DNA of 64,000 nt from Tubulanus polymorphus (lineage: Eukaryota; Animalia; Nemertea), in the NCBI RefSeq assembly GCF_964204645.1, contig NC_134033.1, positions 6,162,231-6,226,230 of the forward strand. The letters run 5' to 3'. Each line of letters begins with the position of its first letter. Position 1 is the first letter of the stretch. This document shows, one piece after another, positions 49,282 through 63,136 of this stretch. The notes beneath the pieces are model-generated. The model was not told the DNA's origin and did no database searches. It saw nothing but the letters and a program-made list of their open reading frames with translations. The position numbers and the translations under genes were made by a program.

Positions 49282-52200
49282 GTATCTGATATTAATCATA
49301 ATGTCCATGATAATATCTGCCGAAAGGATATCAGTCAATTGAGGATTCCGCCAACCGATATCGGACAATTCAATATCGTGGAAAATGCTACCAATGTGTA
49401 TGCTCACTTGAAGTGTAAGTTCATTCCACCGGAAAATGTATGCAATGTACTGATCCCGCTGCTAGATAAGCGACCACCTAACCATACTGTCAAGTTTCCT
49501 TGGGGTACTTTCAGTTCTGCAAACCTATCTTACTGTCGCAAATTACGCAGCTGGCGCCAGATCCAAATTGATGTTGGAAAGGAGGATAGATGGATGAAAA
49601 ATGTTCAGAAAAAGCCACGGTTTGCTGGTGATATTGCAACTCAGCTCATAATTTATTATGATCTCATAAGTAATTCTAGTTACAATCATTCTGTGGGTGA
49701 ATCTTACGGTCGCATGTCTCCGATGAACCTATGTAGGTTTTCTTGCAATAACTGGTACAGTGAATTACAATTCAATGCGATTGGAGCCATATTGAATGAA
49801 AAAATTGATGATGTGTATACTTTTCCCATCGGCGATAGAACAGCTTTGAAAGACACCCATCGGTACTGTATTTTATTTACCAACGTAAGATTTGACAATA
49901 CCACTGCTGTCATCACAGATGACCACACTGGCCAGCACTGGACATTTCTATAGTATGATATGAGAAGAAACTGCATTCATTATGGTGATAGTTTGCTGTG
50001 GCCAATGCCAATCAATATGAAACAGTATGTCAGTGAAAATGTTGGTGTCCCGTTAGTTGAAGGTCAAGTTGTGCCAGTACACCAGACATGAGAAGGCCGA
50101 AATGTTAGGACTCATGCATGTAAAGGGGACTGTTACCCCTATCCTATCCAGTTAGATTCCAGCTCCTGTGGTCCAATTGCTCTTGCTTTCGCCATTTATC
50201 TTGTTGAAAACCCCATGGAGAGATCCCAACTTTTCTGAATAAAGAGGCATCCAAAGAATCGAGAGATATCCTTCAGTCGTCAATTTTCAAGGATCCTGAC
50301 TTGATGCGATGCAGTCAAATCTCCATTCTGATGTCCAGAAAATTACCAAATTACTGGCGCTGTTCTAGTCAGCCTGGACGATATCGAGTTAGTAGACTCT
50401 CTTTGAAAAGAAAAGCAGATACCAATTTGCAGAAACCAGAGGAGGTAGTACATGTACATCCCAACACATGTGTTGAGTCTAATGGTTATAAAAAGCCAGC
50501 CTTTTTGAAGGGGCCTGTTCCAAATAAAATACATACGACAGAAGTAAAATAACAAGAACCTGAATACTGGCCAAGAATTTTTCATGACCATGAGTACAGC
50601 AAGCACGAGAGCTCAGAGGTTAAAGAAAGGAAATCAGCTGTCATTCAACATCATGGGAGCGTGCTAGATATACTTCCCGAAAATTATATTTATCGAGTGG
50701 AAGATGAGACTTGGTTCCAGCCTGATTGTTATGTAGGTGCACCTGACCTATCATTAAAGGTAAGAATATGGGCCAACATCACTACATCTGAACAGTTTGA
50801 AAATTGGCTATAATCATTCAAAGATAAAACCAACACAACCTACCGTTTAACAAGATCACACAAGCCAACTAAGACCATAGATTACAGAGCTGCACGTCAT
50901 TGCCAACATCGCACTAGAAATTATATCTCTAAGCCACCGCCAAAATTGAATCACAGGAATCCCCTCCCTCCTCAACAAGAACCGCACAAAGTCAGCAGAG
51001 TGCACTGCCACCATAGGTGACCGTGATCTAGATGGCCTAAGGTGTGTGAATTGAACATAGATTTCCTGCATTCTCATCCGTTAAAGTCAGCACATACACT
51101 CAGTTTCCGCTCTCCAGACATCAAAGGAAAATTTAAATAGTTATTTCAAAGAGGACATTCGGTGTCATCAGCAAAACAATCCCATGAATCAGAGTTGCAG
51201 CTGAATACCCCGGTCGATTTGATTTAAGAAAAACTTTCTGATCGAAGCCTTAATCCAAGTGTATCTGATTTACACAGATTCAGACGCAAGTGGCTTGAAG
51301 AAGAAATAGGACTTCTTAATGGTAATGGAATGTTTTCTGCACTCGAGAAAGTTGTCGCAGACTATGATGAAAAAGGTGGAGGCATAGCCAAAATCAAGTA
51401 TCCGAAAATAACACCAGCATCAGTTACAAACACTGAGCATGCATATGAAAAAAAACACAAGTTAAATGAAAACCCTTTTGTTATGTTAGTGGTTACTCCA
51501 ATTATGTTACGCACTCATTCGCTCATTCCTAATTCCTCTGAAATCGTATTTTGTGATGCAACTGGATCTTTGAATGTTCTTGGGTGTACAACATTTATTC
51601 TATCTACTGTATCACCAGTTGGTGCCATTGCCTCTTGAAATAGTAATAACATCAGGAGAAGCAGAATCCACACTCATTCAAGCATTTAAGATGGTCAATG
51701 AAGCTCTACCTGATTCAGCATTCTATGGGAGAGGTAAGTCTGGGCCAAAAATCATCATGACGGACGACAGCGATGCTGAGAAGAATGCACTCAAGAGAAC
51801 TTGGCCATCATCTACGCAGTTGCTGTGCATATTTCATATTATTCAAGCACTCTGGCGTTGGCTTTGTGATGCGAAACATGGTGTACATGAAATGTTGTAG
51901 AGACAGGTACATGTGTACTCCTACAGTTGTTCAAGTCAGGTTTGTATGCAAAAATGAAGTTGACTTGAATATAGCCCACTAGAAACTGTTGGTTAATAGA
52001 TTTGCACAGAAGCATGATAAATTCTTAGCGTACTACAACAATCTTTATGAAAGGAGTACACAATGGGCTCTAGCATACATACAGGATCTTATCACAAGAG
52101 GTAACGACACCAACAACTACTCTGAAGCTAGTATCCGAGTTCTCAAGGAAGTAATATTGCATCGAACGAAGGCGTACAACACCATACAGCTGTTTGAGGT

Positions 52201-53570
52201 TATGTAACAACTAGGATTTTCAGTGCACTCGGGAACTAGCTCGTCAAAATAAATCCAAAGTCATCAATTCCATCTTGATAAAATATCTTTTATTCAAATG
52301 CTTGGTCGGCTTCCGACCGACCGCAACAACTGCTCAGTACAAACTGCCAAATAAAAGTGTGCGTTGTGTCCCTCATTCTGTTTCAACTGACTCTTATATC
52401 TATATATATATTCCTGCATAGTAACAAAAACTTAGGTATGAAAAACAAAGGTGACAGACAGTGAGTAGACAATTTGAGCAACAACATGCCATAAACAAAG
52501 ACAGAAAGAACATATGACTAATTACTTTACAAACACGACTAACAAATACATTTCTAAACAAAACAACAAGTTGCTATAGTTATCACTACAACCTTTGAAT
52601 TGTATATCCAGCGACGCTTACTATCTGTTGCCCATAATAGAATGGACTGTCACATCGCAACAAAATATTTAGGAATTGGAGGTGAACAATTTACTGCTGA
52701 TGATTTGACCAAAGTTTCTGATAACCAGTGCAATGTTGTATCCACAAATAAGAACGACCGATATTTTGTAGATTTGATGGCAGGAACATGCTTCTGTCCC
52801 TATGGCGTTACCGGTCGACTGTGAAAACATCAGTCTGCAGTCATACGTTTGACGAATTGCACATACTTGAATGCTGTACCAATCAATGCTGCAGGGCGGC
52901 AAATGTATGCAGAGTTAGCTTTGGGTTTTCAAAATTCTAAGTCACTGGAATTCTTTGTTGGTTTGAATGAAAAAGTGGTTCGTGATAGTAATGATATACC
53001 TGTATTGGATAACGCAAAAACCTCTGAGAATTGTAAAGAAAGTTCAGCTTCACCTATGATTGATGATCCAGACTCTGATGACAACGATCCAGGTTCTGAT
53101 TCCAAAAATGTTAAACTCCGCACAGATGTAATCCGTAAGAAGGTAGAGGATGTGACATCGAACATTCTGATGAGATTGAATTCGGAGACTGTTGATAATA
53201 ACTTTCTAAGGGAAGTGGATAAATTTTGTAGTATTTATTCATCTATAGCAAATAGGAATCCAACATTTTCTAGCAATAAGTCAGCATCATTATTTCACCA
53301 TTTTGATAAAATCCCGCTAACCGTGTCAGTCAGAAAAGACCGAAACTATCTGCTAGTGTCCGCTTTTCTGGTACGCGAATTGGAGTGAATTCCACCGGTG
53401 TTGTACGAAGAAGAGTAGGACTGAGTAGAGGAAAGGGTGCCGTGACTGCTGGACGATCCAGGGGCTCAAAACTGATGCTTCGTGGAATTTCGTGGAAAAA
53501 AATCGAGTGCTAATAAAGTGCAGCACAAGTTGTCAGAAAATGTTAGAGCGGGTCGTTTGAATCCTAAGTG
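49282..53570 (+). pseudogene. decayed Mutator-like (MULE) DDE transposase with SWIM finger and N-terminal Ulp1-like peptidase domain
   Basis: Fragments EIVFCDATGSL, IIMTDDSDAE, LLCIFHIIQA, RGNDTNNYSE and SWIM TCFC..G..GRL*KHQ; upstream HW..DS..PIQLDSSSCG. Multiple stops and frameshifts plus an insertion at 52203-52578. Confidence 0.85.
52203..52578 (-). mobile_element. solo-LTR-like element inserted in the transposase
   Basis: GTTA|tgtaacaac...gttgctata|GTTA; removing it restores ...QLFEVITTTFELYIQRRL. Confidence 0.75.
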
Positions 53571-53821
53571 ATGCCGGTTACATATGCCACGTGATAGTTT
53601 TTCGTTGATGATCAAGTACTTCAGAAAAATCATTTTGGCTAACCGGGTATTATTGCATAATTTCTACAAGAGCATCAAAATCATGAGGTGTAGTTAAGTT
53701 TCGCGAAAAATGTGCTTCCCCAATCGAATATTGCTCGAGATACATGAATACTACTATGTACATGAACAAGTATCGATATCTGTTAACAATCTGTTTAGTC
53801 CTATTATAATTACTAGAGTGG

Positions 53822-53971
53822 AAAGTGGAACCTCGATAATACGATTCTCGTGGGCTAAAGTGAAATTGTTGTATTAAACGGATTTCGTATTATTCAAATC
53901 TTGATTGATATAAATATCTTAGCTGGGGCATGCTGGAAATCAATCAGAATCATATTAATGAGGTTCCACTG
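53822..53971. mobile_element. Tigger-like MITE
   Basis: agtggaacctcgataatacg ... taatgaggttccactg|TA. Confidence 0.6.
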
Positions 53972-54095
53972 TATTTCTGTATGTACTAGTGTGTAATATA
54001 TAGATGCTGCATCTAATAATTAAGGTCCCTCCATGACAATCTGTTGGTTACTAAAACTAGTGTGTAATATATAAACTGCTGATCTACCAGTATTC

Positions 54096-54432
54096 GACAA
54101 ATCTGTTAGTTTTAATTACTAAACTGCTGTACCCGGGATATAGATACTGAAATAATCATTTAAGTCTCACTCTTTATGACAAATCTGTTAGTTTTAATTA
54201 CTAAACTGCTGTACCTGTATAGATACTGCAATAATCATTTAAGTCTCACAATCATTTAAGTCTCACTCTTTATGACAAATCTGTTAGTTTTAATTACTAA
54301 ACTGTTGTACCCGTATAGATACTGCAATAATCATTTAAGTCTCACTCTTTATGACAAATCTGTTAGTTTTAGTTACTAAACTGCTGTACCCCGTATATAG
54401 ATACTGCAATAATCGTTTAAGTCTCGCTCTTC
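54096..54432 (+). repeat. ~79-bp minisatellite x4
   Basis: gacaaatctgttagttttaattactaaactgctgtacc... starts at 54096, 54178, 54274 and 54353. Confidence 0.9.
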
Positions 54433-55421
54433 ATAACTTGATGTATTATAACTTGCTGTATTATCAAAATATATAAAATAGTTTCTTATGTATTAGTATA
54501 TTATGTAAAGATTTCAATATAATAATTTGTCTCTCCATGTGACAATCTGAGGCCGTCATACTGCTGATCCCTACCAGTATTTGTAAATAAATAATTAATT
54601 TAGTATTACATTATCATAAATATTTTCTTTGACCAATTGTGAGGAAGCCCAGGATTGGGCTTGTTTGTTTAGCAAATAAATGTTTGATTTGTGATAAATA
54701 TCTGACTTATGAGTGGTGCTTAGCTGCCTTACTAGATTCGCTGAATTGCCGATATTCGAACCCCCTAAAAAAATCCTGGCGACGCCTATGGAGAGGCCTG
54801 TACATTTATTTTTGGCCCTTCAGAAGGAGCTTAAGGACGTAGACTTCATTGCCTGCAGAGGCTAAGAGGATATTCCCCCCATATAATTTTTTATTTACAA
54901 GGACACAAAAAGTCTAGACTTGGGGCTTTTTGGATCTGGCATAATTGAGGACAGCGTCTTCTACACGCGGTGTATACATCAGCATAAATTATAATTAATA
55001 AAATTGAGCATATAATTCCCCAATTTTATTAACATTATAATTAAGGATTATTTTCTAGACTCCAATTTTCATTTTGTTACTTAGTAGGTTTCGTTATTCA
55101 ACTTATTCCTGTTTTATAAGGAACACGTGTTTTATGTATACCGGTAGTTAGTTATTGTGTTTACATGTTGAGATCACGTGATAGCATGTCACATATAGAA
55201 ACAAAATGGCGGACCTGGTGTGAAAAAAAATTCGCATCCGGGTGCTCACTCAGCGGATTGTAAGCCGTGAACGACGGTTGGTGTCTATTACTGAATAATA
55301 CATGTGTATACAGTGGGACTTCGCCGTTCTAAAAACTCGGTTGTTACACGTAGGCCGACTTGAGTTAGTGTTAGAGCAAGAAAAACGTACGAATAACAAT
55401 ATTTACAGACCATTTCAACAG

Positions 55422-55502
<81 letters not shown>
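55422..55502 (+). repeat. (TA)n microsatellite
   Basis: Directly visible. Confidence 0.95.
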
Positions 55503-58179
55503 GTAACGAGAGGTTTATTCCGCCGTGTCCTACAGTAGAATTATCCTCCGAATAAAGATTCAAAAGGCCCAAAAAGAGTAAAATAGTTAAACGATCACCT
55601 TATGTTCCAAGAAAGTATTAAGTTTTTCCTAAGAGAGGGCAGCACCTTCTAGTTACAATGAATCTTATCGCTTTATCGTAATCGTAATCGTAATGGATCT
55701 TATCGCTTTAACCACCGAATACAGTAGGCCTATTAGGCACCCAATATGAATTATTTCAATCAATAAATGGAAGGCATTATGGACAGATTGGGATTCAATA
55801 TATTAGATGACTCAGGACTAGTAACTTGGGACCAAATTGGTATTCGATCCTCTGTCAGGTTTAGACGTTTTTGCTAATTGGATTTTATTCTATCACGCGC
55901 TGAAGAACTCCTCGTTAACACGAGTCGAAACACGGAAGTACAACGGATGATGATTGCGACATACGAATATGAATATGTATAATACGCTCCAAACGTTTCC
56001 TCATATATAGGGAGGAAAAAACAGAACTTAAAAATAAGCATTTAAAACTTAATGAACTGGACTCACTAGTGCAGAGGTCGTGACATCTACCGCAGAGATT
56101 CAGAACTACGATTTAGACCGGACCTCGTACCAGTTTCTGTCCACGTCACAAAGATTTAGAGCGGTCCAAAATTTGGACCGGGCCCGATTCGCTCTATAAG
56201 ACCGTGCCAATTAAGACAGGTCTAATCTAGACCGGGCTAATTTGCCGAACGGTATTTTTGTCGGTGTGAATGCTTGGTCCGGTCTATATTGGGCCTGTCT
56301 AAATTTCGTCATGTACGCGCCTCTTGTCTCCCAGTTTCAAAATCCCTGATGACCAGGCAGGCAGGTGTTAAAACATGAATTTTTTGAGAAATATGTGTAT
56401 TGGCCCGACAGGCAGATTTTTTTAATCTTTAATACAAGGAAGCCACCCTTCTTTGTTTTTTTTTTCAAACTAAAATACCCAGCTTAGTAAAATGTGTCAT
56501 ATGTGGCATTCGCTGACACAGCTCCACACCAGAACCGCGACATCATCACTGCACGGATGAGCGGAAAAATGGCCGAGTTATTTGCCTAGGAAAGGCCAAG
56601 GAAGATTTAGTAGAAAAAAACTAACAATCATTTCATTAACTACCACAAAACCAAATGCATTAATTGACACGTCGCTTTTTTAGATTATCAAACGAATTTC
56701 TGATCAAATTAGTGTAGGTAAATCTACGATGATCGTATCTCACTTTGATGTTAACAGAGACTGCACTCCAATACATTTACCTTTGATGATTTAAGACTGT
56801 ATGTGCCCTAATAGCTTACTTTGATGATTTGAATAATTAATTTAGTTTATTTACTAATTACCACTATTAAATTGAATGAATTACAATTAAATATTACAAG
56901 AATAAATGGACTAAGAGAGTGTTACAATATTCATCATTAGTAGATACCGGTACATGTAATATATAATAGATAATACAACAGCCAGGATACCTACAAAGCC
57001 GAAGCTTGAAGGTACCTATTTATTATTATGTAAATGAATGAAAATGAATGAAAAGTAAAATGAAATGATATGTAAGTTCATCAAATTTCCGAACTCGTTA
57101 TACCGATTTTAACTGCTTAAGCCCCATAAAAAATAAGTGATGTTATTAAATTGAAAGCTTAATTCTATTATCAACATTGACTGTAGTTAGTTTCACCTCT
57201 AATTCTAAATTTTCCTTGGCCATTTTTTCCTACGATCCACTACATATGCTCCCAATGAATGAAATTATCAAAAATGTCTTACACAGACGCTACGTGCCTT
57301 GAAGATATTGATTGATTGATTGATTGATTACAAACGGACCAAGGCAGCAGAAAAGTTGTGGGTGCCTGTCAATATTATCTTCTACGAACACGGATGAGTT
57401 CCAGTTTCACTTTGGTTTTGACCATTTGATTAGGTTTCCAAACGCTAGGTCGAGCTTGGATGAGGAGCTGTTTTTTCATTTGGTAAGGCTAAAAAATGAT
57501 ACCTTGTTTCTCCACCTTCTCTACCCACCAAAGTGACCAGACAGGCACATGTTTATATATATATTGAAACCAAAAAAAAACAGATTTGTGGAAACTCTGC
57601 ACCCGGCAGGCAGGATTTTATTTTTATCAAAAACAAATTCATGTAACTTTTTTTGAATAAAAAATGTTTTCCAATGGATATAATGGATATAAAAGGGCAG
57701 GAAAAGACCCGTACTGACTGCATATCAATGTTTTCAAATGACAAATGTCACCAGTACCAATTAAACCAAAAAAAAACTATAAGTGAATTTAGTCACAGAG
57801 ACCTGCCGGGGTGGGCGTTCCCCCTCGTTTAACTGTATTTCTATTACATGTACGAGTTGAAATGGTTCGACTTATTTAGTCTTTAGTAGAAAAAAAATAA
57901 CCTAACACTGAACTCCTTCCGTGACCCCAAGCGTGAGAACGAAGTTCCTACATACACGGTAAACCAACGTTATTTTTCTGAAATGAAATACGTTACGGGA
58001 AACCAATAGAGCCTTTTAGATTTTGTATGGACTCAACAGCATCATCGTTCAATTCAATCACCGTGAACATCAACTGCCATGAACCTTCACTGGCGCTTCT
58101 GCGCTAAAGGCTCAGACACACTGGGCGATTTTGACGACATGGCATTTAATCACGTAAATCGTTGAAGAGCCATGATTGG

Positions 58180-61100
58180 TCGGTTGTTGAATACGGCGCT
58201 CGAGACAAACGATCTTCCTGAGGACGAAGTACATAGCTTTGAGAGCGCTATCACGTACAGATTTTCTACATTTGCAGAAAGACCCATTGTAGTTGAATAA
58301 AATACCCAGATATTTGAAATCCTCTACTATTTCAATACTATTTTCGCCTAAGTGGAAGTTGAAGTCAGTTCGGTTTCTCGATTTTCGTTTCTGAAAAATG
58401 ATAATTTTTGTTTTGGCACAGTTAATTTAAAGCTTCCAAAGTTTGCCATATTTTACTAAGGTGTCTAAGGCGTGCTGGGGTCCTTCTGCGGACTCTGATG
58501 AAATTAGCGTATCGTCTGCGTATAGTATAGTTCCAACCAAACTGTGTTATCGCTACCCTCATATTAATGAAACTACAGCCTTCGATAGCCATAAAACACT
58601 CTAGATCGTATATGTAAATAGAAAATAATACTGGAGTTAAATTGTCGCCCCATCTTAAACCGATTAAACTGTCGAAAAAATCAGATTTGTTTCTGTTCAT
58701 CTGTTCACATGATTTGATATGAGCATATACAGTATTTTAAATATGTGGTCGTTTGCGCTGTGGTTTTTACGGAAGCCCGCTTGGTTTTGGTTTAACAGAC
58801 CATTTATTTCTAGGAATATACTGAGCCTGGTATCAATGATACTAGTGAAAATTTTACCTAGGCAACATAGTAGAGTTATTCCTCAGTACAGATCAGGTGA
58901 TGTGGGACATCCTTTATTTTTATATTTGGTATTATTGATCCTAAAAGCCAGTTGTCTGGGATGATTCCTGTAGTAATAGTTTCATTGAATAGGACGACAA
59001 GAATTGGGGATAACACAGGTTCTGCATTTTTTAGAATTTAGTTAGTAATATCGTCAAGGCCAGGGGCTTTATTGTTTTTCAAATTTTGTATAACTTTGGA
59101 GATTTCGGACTGTGAAACTGCCAATTCTAAGGGTTAATAATCTAGATTATCCATTGTCATATTTTCTAGGTCGGCGTCTATGTTTTCGTTTGAGAAAGTC
59201 GGCTTTGAGTTCAGTTGGCGAAAGTGGTTGGTTAAGTCATTGATATTTCCTAGGCAGGGGGAAGGGACTTTGTTCTTTAGGAGTTTCCATAGGTTTCTGG
59301 GGTTTGACCTTTTAGGGTTCTTAATGCGTTTATTCAGTTATTATTTAGGTTGTCGGTTTTAACAGAGTTTTTGTACAGTCGAAAAAGGCAATTTAGTCTG
59401 GCTTTATTTTCCTCTGTTGTATGTTTAGCATAGTACCGCTAGGCTTGGCGATAATTCAGTCTAAATTGTTTGCTTTTGCTACTAGATTCGATTTGGGTCG
59501 GGCGCTTGTGTTTCTAATGGTAGGCCTGGGATTTGTAATTCCCGTGATATTCGTAGCTACCTTTTTTAGACGGTCGCAGATAAGATCATTAGCCTAATTT
59601 GGATCTATTTCGCCAAATCCAAGGTTTGTTAGTGTATCGCTGAAATCGATGGCTTCCGTTTCACGTGAACATTAATTGGTTTTATTTGGGTCCCATTTAA
59701 TTCTACCTCGATTAACTTGTACATTTTCTCTTGGGGACCCATAGCTACTTTTAAAATTAAATATGCCGCGAATCGGGCAATGTACATCAGACACGGCCCG
59801 TTCAAAATCAAGTACACGAAAATCTGCGATTACTGGGAATAGATCAGGCGACGCGATCATATAGTCAACTGTATGGTGGTTAATCCCTTTTAATCCCTAC
59901 ACACGTAAAATCGCCAATAAGTCTATCGTGTGGTCGACCTACCGTTTACTATGAAGAAAGAATACCTTTTGCAAAAGTCGAGGAGCTTTCGGCCATAATT
60001 ATTCACACTTTGGTCCCCATTATATCTAGTTAAATAACCGTGATCGTTTATATACGATACGGTGTCGATCGTGTCATTGAGTGCTTCGAGTGCTTGAGGT
60101 GAAGTTCATTTACGATGAATTCATCATTGTTGTTTGGGAAGTACTAATCTAGAAGGTTTCTTGTATGGGCGTTGAAGTCACCACACATGATAATATGGTT
60201 GTTTTCAATATTTATAGTTGACATATTATTGTCTAGCTCGTTAAAAAGGTTAACATCGCCATAATCACTCGTTTCAGGGCTTATGTAACTACCACATATA
60301 ACAATATCTTTTTCATTAAGAAAATAACCTTGGTCTAGTTCGACCCACAGACTCACTTTGTTGGAACGCACATTTTTAACACAATATTTAAGTTTATTTT
60401 GTCATCAGAATTGCGATACCACCGGATCTTCTAATGGATAGGTCCTTTCTATTGTGAGGAAAAACAATATAACCCAAATCATGTGTGAATGTCTCGATCC
60501 ATAGCTAATCGGTAGTGTCTAATTTCGTTTCAGTTAGTACAATTTTATCGTTTTCACATATAAATTGTTCTAGTTCTGGGAATCTAGTTTTTGACCGTAG
60601 TCCACACACAGAATTCAGGCACAGAATTGTAACGAATTGGCGCGACTGTTGGTCAACGCTGCAATCCTATTCGGAGATTAGGACTTTGTTTGCTTGGCTC
60701 AGGATATCGCTAAGAACGGGTTCTGCTGCGGGGGTATTCATGTTCGTTGCCGACGTACTGAGTGTTGGAGGACTGGCGTCTGGTGTTTCTATGGGTTGGG
60801 GTGATGGCTGCTGATCCAACTTAAAGATCTGGTTGGACCGGAATCGTTTAGACCGTATCCTACGTCGTTTTGGGATTCTCTGAGATCTAGTAACCTGGTT
60901 AGGTGCGGAATCTGGTGTTGCGGAAAATTGCATACTGTCAAGTTTGCTAAAAGATATTCTTCTGTCTTTTTCAGGAGGAATGAAAGCTTTGGTTCTCATC
61001 GGGGGCTCGTTGTCAACAGGGCCGGTTTTCGGTTTCGGAGTTTTGTCAATCAGTCGTCCGTTACTAGCAACTTTCAGATAGTTAGTTGCCTCCAGGCATC

Positions 61101-61600
61101 ATTTTCAATATTCTTTGAGTGTTGATTTCATGGAGTCTCTCAAGGTGGCTCTTGCTGCTACGAATCCAAACTTTTTCGAAATTCCACTGCTATTTTCGTT
61201 TCTTTATCCTGTACGGCAAACTTAACTATACCAGGGTATGTTGGGTTACGGCTTTTTAGACGGATAGCTTTTACCACTTTCACTTCTCGGTTAAGCCCGA
61301 GTTCTTTTATATGGTTTTCACATTTTTTGGTCACATTTTTATTCTTGGCGTAGTGAAGGTTGAATCGTTACAACGAGAGTTACATCTGTGTTTTCCAGAG
61401 GTTCACGTGGTTGATCTTTATTTATCGTGCACTGGAGCTCTATGCACAGGTTTTCGAGTTTTTTAATATCCTTTCTTGCCATATATCATTTTCTATGTCT
61501 CCACCTGTCTCGTATCTCAAAGTATATAAATAGTTTGTGTGTAAAAATAAATCAGTCCAGTCATGGTATTCCAAACTGATAGTTCGCTCGTTACTCTTTC
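58180..61600 (-). mobile_element. decayed non-LTR retrotransposon (RTE-X/L2-like APE-RT)
   Basis: Broken frames with LTETKLD, GSYISPE, MCGDFNAHT, KAPGLD, GITLLCCLGKIFTSI, QAGFRKNHS, GLRWGDNLTPVLFSIYIYDL, LYADDT and FKYLG; many stops and indels; clade uncertain. Confidence 0.8.
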
Positions 61601-61799
61601 GCTGTTCCGGATTTCCGACGTCAACCATTCTTCGAGAATAGGACCGAAAACAGCTTTGCTAAATTATTCTACAAGTGTTGCTTAGTAAATTGACCAAGTT
61701 ATAATGAATGTCAGTATCTTAAATACATAAAGGTTACTATTTTCAATAAACAATACATACATACAATAAAAGACTATGGTTACTAGGCTTTGTCTGGGC

Positions 61800-62641
61800 G
61801 CCTGAACCCGTTAATCCGTGTTCCGCTTAGGCCTTACACTATACAATTACCCAAGATCTCTTGGGCGGAGATGTAAGTCTATGTAAGCCAATTGTTAATC
61901 ACCGGCAGATTCGCTACGAGTTGGAAAATAGACTGCGCGCTCAATTCCGGACTTCATGGAGCGATATCCGAGTTCTTGGATGGTACAGTAAACTCCAACG
62001 GCATATCTATACAATACGAAATACATATATGTACCAAAGTGTCGCCGTAGAGACGAATGGGGCCTTGAAATTTGGTGTGGTAGAGTCGATCATCGTATAA
62101 ACTAATACAACGACTATTAAAATGGGTGCTTTCCTGAATTCTGCAGGAATATAGATACGAACGAACTAACCCATATAATTTCATGTACAACACTGAACTC
62201 AACTTTATTAAACGACTCAACATACACAATATAATGCCTGGTCAGGCACGAAGGAGGCTTACAGAAATAAAGACCAAATCCCGAGTTAATACCACATACA
62301 CAAACCAAACACAATTCAGGACAGTGTGTGAACATATCTCTAGGCGCGCCAAATGGAGGTTCAGCCAATCAGTGAGCAGGAATTCTAATCATAGATTCTT
62401 ACAAAGCAATTTTACACGGGTGCAGCATTACTCTTGCGGTCACGATGGCCCAATCAGTAGCGCACAAGCACAGAAGTTCGAGTCCCGCTTTAGCTACATA
62501 AATATCTTGTAATGTTCGCATCCGCGCGGTAGTTCCCGGTCTCCGCGGGTACAGGTTGTCAAAGATCATATGGTCTCCAATGGGCATGGACACATACATT
62601 CTAAATGGTCCGACTAAATTCCATTGCCACCAATAAATCAA
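61800..62641 (-). pseudogene. possible decayed rhodopsin-class GPCR
   Basis: Co-frame ORFs 62641-62399 and 62368-62117 give RMRTLQDIYV, L.ATD, ELC, RHYIVYVESF and IIWVSSFV in the order of ICL1, TM2, TM3 and TM4; heavily degenerate. Confidence 0.3.
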
Positions 62642-63136
62642 GCAGTTAAAAACCGTTTAGCCATGTAAAATCGTATTCGAATTGAGCATAGCTTACTGCA
62701 TTGTGTACATGTATCGAAATTCTCAGAAGTTTGGATTTTAGGCGATAAGTGAGGCTATGATCCCACAAAACCCTTTCCCTTCTATAAGTTCGATTTCCAT
62801 CGAGGAAAATATCATGACGTAGGCCTTAAATCCCATGAAAATACTGCTATTTATTTTTACTGACCTTTTTTTAATTTCGGGTGGTTTCGAACAAAAAGTC
62901 CTGAACAGGTTGGTGTCTAGTTATGACCAGCCAATCCTCACTAACAAGGACCTCTCACTGAAAAGCTGGTTACACGAAAAATGAAACTGCCATTGAGTAG
63001 AAACATTCGCACGAAAGTTTCTTCCCTGGTTAAGTAAAATCACAAACTTTTTCGATTGCGAAAACTATTTATTCTACTGGAAATAATTTTTTCCGAATGA
63101 ACACGACGATATCTCGAATCAAAATGTTTATTTTTA

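Noticed and set aside
48840-55300. Search for TIRs and TSD bounding the Ulp1-MULE element
   Set aside because: No convincing matching termini were found by eye, so no link to the foldback element at 41108 is claimed.
55288-55572. IY-repeat ORFs
   Set aside because: (TA)n microsatellite.
55895-55945. Hammerhead-like ctgaaga-actc...gagt-cgaaac
   Set aside because: The stem II closing pair is mismatched and no stem I/III partner or cleavage triplet can be built; at best a decayed Penelope-type relic.
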